7,907 bases of DNA from Azolla caroliniana (Eukaryota > Plantae > Polypodiophyta). The position numbers and the translations under genes were made by a program. A model generated the notes under the pieces. The model was not told the DNA's origin and made no database searches. It was given only the letters and a program-made list of their open reading frames with translations. Below are positions 1-6,785 of this stretch, piece by piece. Position 1 is the first letter of the stretch, and the number at the start of each line of letters is the position of its first letter. The stretch spans positions 1 to 7,907 of the forward strand of contig JBHGNT010001471.1 of NCBI GenBank assembly GCA_043228905.1, written 5' to 3'.

Positions 1-7
1 AAGAAGA

Positions 8-68
8 GTTAAACGACTAAGTCCAACTAAAATAGGAGCCGTTTGGTTGGACAACCCTTAGTGGTTCC
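8..68 (+). promoter_or_regulatory. Candidate gag/pol -1 ribosomal frameshift signal (G TTA AAC plus stem-loop/pseudoknot)
   Basis: Heptamer GTTAAAC at 8-14, then a 6-nt spacer and an 11-bp stem (21-31/42-52, one G-U). Loop bases GGAGCC (35-40) can pair with GGTTCC (63-68). The likely gag stop TAG is at 33-35. Confidence 0.55.
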
Positions 69-92
69 ATTCCCTCTAAGCAAGTTAGCAAT

Positions 93-461
93 GTGTTCTT
101 AGCCCAAGTCATGGTTAGTACTAAACGTACCCCTCCAGTACACGTCTTAGCACTTTTAGATTCCGGAGCCAATTCTTGTTTCATGGATCAGAATTTTGCC
201 CAAGCTTCTCAGATATCCTTAAGAAAACTTCCTTGCCCCGCATCTGTAGTAGTCATTGATGGTAGTCCCATTGCTTCTGGGAATATCGTAGAAGAGTCAC
301 AACCCATTCAGGTTGTCCTTAGAGATAGCTTTGTGTGTGTGGTATCATTTAATATAATTAGTAGTCTAGAGCACCCCATTGTCCTGGGATTACCTTGGTT
401 TGAATTACATGATCCAGACATGGATTGGAGAACAAGAGAAGTTTGGTATCGACAACCCTGA
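93..461 (+). pseudogene. pol: pol: retropepsin aspartic protease domain
   Basis: Catalytic motif ALLDSGANSCFMD and C-terminal IVLGLPWFELHDPDMDW. The same frame continues past stops into the RT linker (...HRPYDCPIDLQPGKEPPWGPIY). Confidence 0.92.
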
Positions 462-689
462 GAATCTACTCATCGAGTTTCGACCATTTCGCTACATCAA
501 TTATGTGAAGAAGGACGCAAGGAGTCAATGTTTCTATTTGCAATATGATGCAAGGAATCCTTAGTTCAACTTCCCGCGAAATATCATCCTTATGCCGATG
601 TATTTGACAAGGTAAAAGCCGGTACTTTTCTTCATCATCGTCCCTATGATTGTCCCATCGATTTACAACCAGGAAAAGAGCCACCTTGG

Positions 690-1300
690 GGACCTATATA
701 CAACTTGTCACCAACCGAGTTAGAAGTCCTTCGAGCCTACATAGAAGAGAATTTGGCAAGCGGGTTTATTCATCATTCGAAATCTCCGGTCGAATCACCC
801 ATTTTCTTTGTCAAGAAGAAAGATGGATCACTTCGTCTCGTCGTTGATTACCGCGGCTTGAATAAGGTCACCATCAGGAATAGGTATGCACTTCCCCTTA
901 TATCAAGTCTTTTAGAACGTGTAAATATTGCCAAGCTTTTTACAAAAATCGACCTATGAGGAGCATATAACCTCGTGCGGATCTGACCGGGAGACGAATG
1001 GAAGACTACTTTTCGCACCCGATATGGGCACTTCGAGTATACCGTTATGCCATTCGGTCTAACCAATGCGCCCGAAGTCTTCTAGCACATGGCAAATGAT
1101 ATATTCAAAGACCTCTTGGATATCTATTTGATCATCTATCTGGATGATCTATTGATTTATTCGAAGACCCAAGAAGAGCATGATTCTCAATGTGTACTAT
1201 TAGTACTAAAATGACTCCGAGAGCATGGTCTGTATGCCAAACTAGAAGAATGTAGCTTTGACTGCAAGCAAGTGGAATTTCTAGGCTACGTCATCTCCTC
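690..1300 (+). pseudogene. pol: pol: reverse transcriptase domain (interrupted by stops)
   Basis: [68 protein letters not shown] at 1137-1148, and VEFLGY. Stops at 957, 984, 1083 and 1212. Confidence 0.95.
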
Positions 1301-1569
1301 AAAAGGCATCTCCATGGATCCAGCTAAAGTCAAAACTGTGCTAGAGTGGCAAACTCCACGTTCGTTACAAGATGTGCAATGTTTCCTTGGCTTTGCTAAC
1401 TTCTACGGCAAGTTTATACAAGATTACTCGAAGATTATTTTGCTTCTCACACAACCTACCAAGAAGGGTCAGTCATTTCTTTGGTCGAATGAAGCGGACA
1501 TGGCTTTTATGCATCTTAAGAAAGCCTTTACATCAGCTCCTATTCATGCTCATGTGGATACAAACAAAC

Positions 1570-2317
1570 CATTCATCATGGAGGCCGACGCATCGGATTT
1601 CGCCCTCGGTAGCATCCTTTCACAACAAGGAGATAAAGACAAGTTACATCCTGTGGCTTTCCACTCGGGCAAATTTGATGTTGCAGAAATCAACTACGAG
1701 ATACATGACAAGGAGTTATTAGCCATCATGGATTCGTTTGTGCAATGGTGGCACTTCTTAGAGGGCTCTCCTCATCAGGTCATCGTCTTCAATGATCACA
1801 AAAATCTTGCTTATTTCCAGAACGTTGTACTAAATCGACGGTAACAATCGGCAACGGTTTGAACCGAACCGAACCACGAAACTATGGTTTAACATCTTAA
1901 CGGTTTTAACGGTTTGGTTAGGTTTCAACAGTAAAAAACCGCGGTTTAAACGGTTTAACGGTTTTTTATTTATTTATTTATTTTACAAAATTGTTTTTAA
2001 ACAATCTTTTCATTTTTAGACCTTATTCTCACATTTTAGGAACATCTTAAAAATTAAAAATTTGACCTATGTTGAAAACCGAAACTGAACCATGAAACCG
2101 CAGTTTTTTCGGTTTAACAGTTTGAAAATTGTTTACCAGTTTCGTGGTTTGGTTCGGTTTGGTTCAAGTTTCAATTTGGACCCTCTCAAACCAAACCGAA
2201 CCATTGCCAATTGTTAATCGAAGGCAAGCTCAGTGAGCCCAATTCCTCACGCGTTTTGACTTCAAAATCACATATCGGTCGGGAAAGTAGCAAAGAAAAG
2301 CAGATGCTCTATCACGA
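1570..2317 (+). pseudogene. pol: pol: RNase H domain, split by MITE at 1842-2216
   Basis: MEADASDFALGSILSQ, NYEIHDKELLAI, DHKNL...LNRR | QAQ*AQFLTRFDFKITYRSGK*QRKADALSR. Removing the MITE and one TSD copy rejoins the frame exactly. Confidence 0.93.
1842..2216. mobile_element. Non-autonomous hAT-type DNA transposon (MITE), 375 bp
   Basis: 18-bp TIRs TAACAATCGGCAACGGTT (1842-1859) and AACCATTGCCAATTGTTA (2199-2216) match at 16/18. The 8-bp TSD ATCGACGG (1834-1841) / ATCGAAGG (2217-2224) matches at 7/8. It has an AT-rich core, subterminal AACCG/CGGTT repeats and no ORF. Confidence 0.9.
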
Positions 2318-2559
2318 TGCTCATATCTTGCACCTTGTCCTGGTGATCCAACATTTGATAATCAAAAGCAGGTAATCTTGGGACCAACACGTTTGCACAC
2401 AATGCGGATTTTGCACACTCCACTGGATTCCAAGATTATGGATGCCATACGTGCCAACTTGAAGACGAACAATTTTGCTCAAGTCATTCTAACGCAAATT
2501 GATGCCTCTCGGGCATCCTGTTCCCAGTCTGAACAACCAGGTATGGACTACCGGCAATT

Positions 2560-3603
2560 TGAATATCATGATGGTTTATTATTCTTTAAAAAGCTCGTGT
2601 ATGTTCCCGATGGCTCTTGTCGCCTTCAAATCGCCCAAAATTGTCACAACACCCATACAACTGGACATTTCGGTAGTACTAAGACGTTGGATCTAGTTCG
2701 ACAATCTTTTTGGTGGCCCCACATGCGAGGTTTTGTCGACGACTACGTTCGAACCTATGATGCTTGTTGCTGAGCAAAGATGCCACGACATTATCCATAT
2801 GGCTTGTTGGAATCCTTACCAATTCCAAGTAAACTGTCGTAGTCCATTTGTCTTGATTTTATCACAAATTTTCCAGTCTCAAAGGTTAACCGTAGTTGAC
2901 CGATATGCTAAAATGGCACATTTTGTGCCTTGTACTAAGGCCATCACTAGTGAGGAAACTGCCGCCCGTATCATGCGTGAGGTATTTCGCCATCATAGCC
3001 TCCTAGACAGTATCATTAGTGACCGAGGACCTTAATTCGTCTCCAAAATTTGGAAACATCTCTTCAAGATGCTCAAGGTCTCTTGCAACCTCTCCTCCGG
3101 CTACCATCCCCAAACCGATGGGCAAGCAGAACGAACAAATCAAACATTGGACGTTATCAACAGGACTATTGGGCTGATATTCTCCACTTTTCTGAGTTTG
3201 CTTATAATAACGTTATTCACTCCTCGACTCGGGTCTCCCCATTTTACGCTTATATCGGTTCTCATCCTCGCTGGTTTGTTATCAACATTTCGGAGCTACC
3301 TACCAATCCTCGTGCCGAGGATCATTTGGAGAGGCTACACAAGATTCAAACGGATCATATGCTCAACACACACAAAAGACTTATGCAGATCGTCATCGAC
3401 TTCCCTCCTCTTTTGCCATCGGAGATCGAGTATGGCTCTTACGTCATCACATCAAGACTACTCGACCGTGCAACAAATTGGATTATCGACGACTCGATAC
3501 TTTCCGTATTACCGGCAAGGTTAATGATGTCATGTTCTGCCTTGATCTTCCTCCGCACCTTCAAATACATCTGGTCTTCCATAGTTCTCTTCTCGAACCT
3601 TAT
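2560..3603 (+). pseudogene. pol: pol: integrase (zinc finger, DDE core, GPY/F region), with frameshifting deletions
   Basis: HNTHTTGHFG...FWWPHM...VRTYDAC (first Cys changed to Tyr). Catalytic residues are LDF (D 2855), SDRG (D 3021) and YHPQTDGQAER (E 3129). Also EFAYNN and IHLVFHSSLLEPY. Frame changes occur near 2885 and 3150. Confidence 0.93.
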
Positions 3604-3788
3604 CAGGCCAACACTATTCCCGATTGTGTTACACCACCACCGCCCCTGCTTGGGTTGGACGCCGGCTCGGAGTATGAAGTTTCTGCCGTCGTCGACTCCA
3701 AGTTTGTTCGTAACAAGCTTTATTATTTGGTCGATTGGCTTGACTATAGTCCGAGCAAATGTACTTGGGAACCTGTCGAGCATGTCGC

Positions 3789-4292
3789 TGTTACCCGGAC
3801 AAAGGGGCGGTCGGTCAAGTGGAGAAGCGTCGGAGTCGGAAATGTCAGAGTTAGAGTCAGAGGCAAAGTCGGATCAATAAAGAGGATCGATGAGTCAACA
3901 TTTTGCCGAATATAATTAAAAACTGAAAATATAGTTAGTTACAGATTTTGTAATTCTTGCTGTTATGGCAATATGTTTCTTGATGAGGAAGTTCTTTCGG
4001 TTGCTTATAAAAGGAATTGAAGGCATTGTAAAAACTATCGTTTATTTTAGTAATATAAGTTTAGTTGTAGGAAATCTCAACGTGCAATTCGTTATTCTTC
4101 TAATCTATTTCCATCTTAATATAACTATATTACATAAGTAACGATCTCGATGTATGCATAACATCGATATTATTATAGTAACTTAATATTCATTCGTCTA
4201 ACCACAATCCATTGATGGAACGTTCGGTAAACAACGTTGGACTTATACGGTGTCGACAACATAGTCTATTGTTGCCCGGACAACACAGTATA
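3789..4292 (+). repeat. LTR-A (plus orientation), probably from a Tat/Ogre-like gypsy family; 3' end at 4285 or 4292
   Basis: TGTT start, TATAAAA at 4006-4012, end at ...GGACAACA (4285) or ...CAGTATA (4292), and a PBS shortly after. Confidence 0.6.
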
Positions 4293-4296
4293 ATTT

Positions 4297-4314
4297 TGGC
4301 ACGCCCGGTGGGAG
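4297..4314 (+). promoter_or_regulatory. Primer-binding site complementary to the 3' end of tRNA-Arg (probably UCU)
   Basis: TGGCACGCCCGGTGGGAG. Its reverse complement CTCCCACCGGGCGTG-CCA has the form of tRNA positions 59-76. TGGCACGCCC is the PBS type seen in plant Tat/Ogre elements. Confidence 0.8.
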
Positions 4315-4616
4315 TGTTCTTGGCTCCACCCCCCTCCCAAGGGGTTAAGTGAGAAGAAACTAGAGAGAGAAAGAAAGAGAGAGAGACAAAACAATGTTGA
4401 GAGGAAAACTTGTATTATCACTCATGTCCCCTATGGTGGGGTTATATAGGTACATTCCATGAGGGTTACAAATCAAGAACGTACAATGAGGCTTGTAGAT
4501 TAGTTATATAACCTTCTAACAACCTACCCATTATACATATTAATATACTCACACTTATGTGCACATCTGCACATACAATTACACATGACTACACACTTTC
4601 AATCCCACGGATAACA
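4315..4616 (-). repeat. LTR-B (minus orientation), 302 bp
   Basis: On the minus strand it reads TGTTATCC...CCTATATAACC (TATA 4448-4442)...AATACAAG...CT-rich tract...CCAAGAACA, which is a TGTT...AACA short-LTR layout. Confidence 0.6.
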
Positions 4617-4711
4617 GTCGCCAAGGCTCAGGATCTTCTTGCTGATTTCTAGCGACAGTATCGGGACAAACCTGATTCTCAATCAACGCCGACTCATAAC
4701 ACTCGTCGTTT

Positions 4712-4724
4712 GAAGGGGGGATAG
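4712..4724 (+). promoter_or_regulatory. Polypurine tract of chromovirus
   Basis: GAAGGGGGGATAG lies immediately before the LTR start and overlaps the last pol codons. Confidence 0.85.
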
Positions 4725-5175
4725 TATCATGATATGACTCGAACCCATGACCTTATGTTATATGGGTCGAGCTCTTGACCATTACACTATCTATTGTAAT
4801 ACGTAAGATATGTATTATTTTCATTTAAGTTTTATTATAGAAAAGTAATGTATATTCCAGATTTCTATGGAACATTCTAGAAGCTTCAAGACTACTCTTG
4901 AGAACACTATAAAAGGAGGCACAAGGCATTATTTCGAACCAAATTGTTTCAATGCCAGTCTTAAGCCTCCTAGTTATCTTGTACTTACTCTTCATATAAT
5001 ATATCATCTATTATCATCATTCTCTCCCTCTCTCGCTTGCTCTATCTCTCTCTCTCTCATTTTCTCTCTTCCTCTCTCGTGAGTGTTACGCAGTCTCATC
5101 CTTTTAGTACTAATCCTCATAGTACTTCCCTTCTCTAGTACTAATTCTCTCTCTGTTTTAGTACTATTCCTGACA
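4725..5175 (+). repeat. 3' LTR of chromovirus, 451 bp
   Basis: Follows the PPT. Starts TATCATG (inferred from TGTCATG) and ends CCTGACA, giving inverted termini. It has TATAAAA at 4908-4914 and a CT-rich tract at 5020-5080. No PBS follows; copia RT sequence begins at 5176. Confidence 0.85.
4731..4796 (-). promoter_or_regulatory. tRNA-like Pol III internal promoter relic (A box plus B box) in LTR U3
   Basis: On the minus strand, TAGTGTAATGG (4789-4779) and GTTCGAGTC (4744-4736) start 45 nt apart, as tRNA T8 and G53 do. AGGTC precedes the T arm. Confidence 0.55.
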
Positions 5176-5454
5176 GCCGAACTTGTACAACATATTCAAC
5201 ACATGGTGTCGCTGAGAGAGCAATATGCCGTCAGGGGTGTGGATCACTTCGATCCCGAGGAAGTAATGAAGGTCCCCATTTCCTTCATTTCGAATGCATT
5301 CGACAATTGGGACTTCACTCGGCCGATTTCAGCGAGTTTGAGTCCGGTGATGACTAGATCATCTACATATAACAAGATACATACCGAACCATCCGAACCA
5401 TTCTAGATGAACGGTGAAGAGTCGGACTTGGAGGCCGCAAACCCCATCTTACGC
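5176..5454 (-). pseudogene. pol: Ty1/copia reverse transcriptase fragment
   Basis: Minus-strand translation: RKMGFAASKSDSSPFI*NGSDGSVCILLYVDDLVITGLKLAEIGRVKSQLSNAFEMKEMG /frameshift at 5274-5277/ DLHYFLGIEVIHTPDGILLSQRHHVLNMLYKFG. YVDD is at 5369-5358. Confidence 0.93.
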
Positions 5455-6096
5455 TGTCGAGGTATTCCTCGCGGATGCGTGGAATGAGGCGGGACCTCGG
5501 GGGTCTTGTACCGAAGAGCAAGAGAGAAAGGAGAAGGGAACCCACTATGTGCGAGCGTAGATTCACAGGGACACGACCCTTCGACACAAAGACGCGAGTG
5601 GGACAGCAACACAGAGAGACACGAATGTATGTATGTATTAACAAAGACAAACAACAAGAACACGAAGTCGGTTACAACCGAACAGGCCGGCGAACAGATG
5701 CCGATGCCTGTTCGTAAACGCACAGAAAGGAAAGAGTAGGTTGGAGGTGTTGCCGGAAGCACTTGGGCATTCCTCAAAGCAGCGCGAGCCTCCCGAAAAC
5801 CTGCACAGAAAGCAGCCACGGAGTTGCGAGCCAGAGAGAGAGAGAAGCCTTCGCCCATAAACCGACAGCACTTCGTCCTCGACTCTCCGCGATCCCTTCC
5901 TCCTCCTCGTCTCCCTCCTTTTATAGGCAAGAAGGGAGCCGTTTCCTATTAGCTTCCTACCTACCGAATCTACCTACCTAGGATCTCTCATGTCCCTAAT
6001 TCTCTCCTATGTACAACACAAGGCGTAAGCGCATGAAGAGCCGGTTCCTATGCTCCGGCGCACCGATTCCGCTTGTGGACGGTTTTCTTCACGACA
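5455..6096 (-). repeat. 3' LTR of right-hand element, 642 bp
   Basis: Minus strand TGTCGTG...CTCGACA with 5-bp inverted termini. TATAAAA at 5925-5919. It is preceded by a PPT and abuts the copia RT at 5454. Confidence 0.87.
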
Positions 6097-6109
6097 TCCG
6101 CCCCCACCT
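6097..6109 (-). promoter_or_regulatory. Polypurine-rich tract
   Basis: AGGTGGGGGCGGA lies directly before the LTR-start TGTCGTG. Confidence 0.7.
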
Positions 6110-6169
6110 AACTGCGCATCCACCGGCATGCGCCAAATTGAGTTGGGACGGAGAAAACCGGTCCAGCCT

Positions 6170-6550
6170 TCATTCCCCGACCATCGGTTCTTCCTCGGTT
6201 TCGGATCGTTCGTCGTTCCGGTCCAGGTTAACCGGATCCGGCTCGTCGTCGTGACGCTTCTTGAACGCTTTGATCCGTTTCCCAGCTACCGGTATCGCCA
6301 TTCTCGTGCCGTCGAGTTCCGCCAGATGGTACGTCCCGTTGTCGTTGGCGCTTTGTACCACGTAAGGCCCGAACCACCTTCTTGCGAACTTCCGTGTCGC
6401 TCGGTGCTGGTTGTCGAGGTTGCTGTCGTAGACTAGCACCCAGTCGCCTTCCTCGATCTTCTTCGGTCGGAGCCGGTGCATCCGGTCGAACCGGGCTTTG
6501 TTCCTCGTCCTTGCCACCCGAAGCTTTTCCGCAGCCTGCTCCACGTCCTC
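6170..6550 (-). pseudogene. pol: Integrase C-terminal (GPY/F, SH3-like) remnant
   Basis: EDVEQAAEKLR...RFDRMHRLRPKKIEEGDWVLVYD...KFARRWFGPYVV...NGTYHLAELDG...VAGKRIKAF. An in-frame TAA just upstream marks the approximate deletion junction. Confidence 0.85.
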
Positions 6551-6731
6551 CGCTTATTTCCTCGTCCGGGCCGAGAACTCCGCACGCTCGAAGTCGCACT
6601 TCCGCCCTTGTCTTTTCTCGGCCAACGATGCCGACTATCATACACCCTCCGTTGTTGGAGAAGCAAAACTTCCTACCTATCGTACAGGGTTCCTTCGGTT
6701 TCGGTTCTATCGTACAATCGTGGGGTCTTTT

Positions 6732-6785
6732 CCGAGTGTCCGGGCTGTCTCGGCCCCACGCCTTGGCAACCCTCTCTAAAAATCC
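6732..6785 (-). promoter_or_regulatory. Candidate -1 frameshift signal after protease (G GAT TTT plus pseudoknot)
   Basis: The heptamer at 6785-6779 lies directly before the TAG stop. After a 6-nt spacer come stem 1 GGGTTG/CAGCCC and stem 2 CCGAG/CTCGG. The -1 frame stays open through the deletion junction. Confidence 0.55.

Larger units (their letters stand above)
3789..4616. mobile_element. 828-bp LTR-derived insertion (solo-LTR-like composite)
   Basis: Starts TGTTACCC and ends GGATAACA (7/8 inverted match). A perfect 5-bp TSD GTCGC lies at 3784-3788 and 4617-4621. The host reading frame rejoins on removal. Confidence 0.9.
3670..4724 (+). pseudogene. pol: pol: C-terminal chromodomain, split by 828-bp insertion; pol stop TAG at 4722-4724
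   Basis: EYEVSAVVDSKFVRNKLYYLVDWLDYSPSKCTWEPVEHVA (3670-3788) resumes after 4621 as KAQDLLADF*RQYRDKP...TRRLKGG*. The aromatic-cage residues Y/W/Y are present. Confidence 0.9.
1..5175 (+). mobile_element. Degenerate Ty3/gypsy chromovirus LTR retrotransposon (Tcn1-like); 5' part lies outside the window
   Basis: Domain order is PR-RT-RH-IN-chromodomain, followed by a PPT and an LTR ending ...CCTGACA. It carries many in-frame stops, small deletions and two nested insertions. The clade call rests on recognised motif style, not a phylogeny. Confidence 0.93.

Noticed and set aside
1859-1965. Short GAACC/GGTTT repeats resembling a CRISPR or satellite array
   Set aside because: There is no constant repeat-spacer periodicity; these are subterminal repeats of the MITE.
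3050-3915. ORFs of 276, 151 and 145 aa as independent genes
   Set aside because: They are pieces of one frameshifted integrase-chromodomain, with tails reading into the inserted LTR.
4731-4796. Functional tRNA gene
   Set aside because: The acceptor and anticodon stems do not pair; only the promoter boxes and a partial T arm remain.
4795-5175. Solo LTR starting at TGTAAT (4795)
   Set aside because: No TSD (TCTAT vs GCCGA); the PPT and the terminal inverted match place the LTR start at 4725.
5083-5406. 107-aa plus-strand ORF with a hydrophobic, signal-peptide-like N-terminus (env-like?)
   Set aside because: The N-terminus comes from the CT-rich LTR tail and the rest is antisense to copia RT; it spans an insertion junction.
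5363-6254. Multiple ORFs across the right-hand LTR
   Set aside because: No recognisable motifs, apart from the last codons of 5403..5930, which are copia RT; expected by chance in GC-rich sequence.
6677-6716. 10-bp direct repeat CTATCGTACA 30 bp apart as a TSD or footprint
   Set aside because: No element-like ends between the copies; best read as an in-frame duplication in the pol linker (CTI twice).
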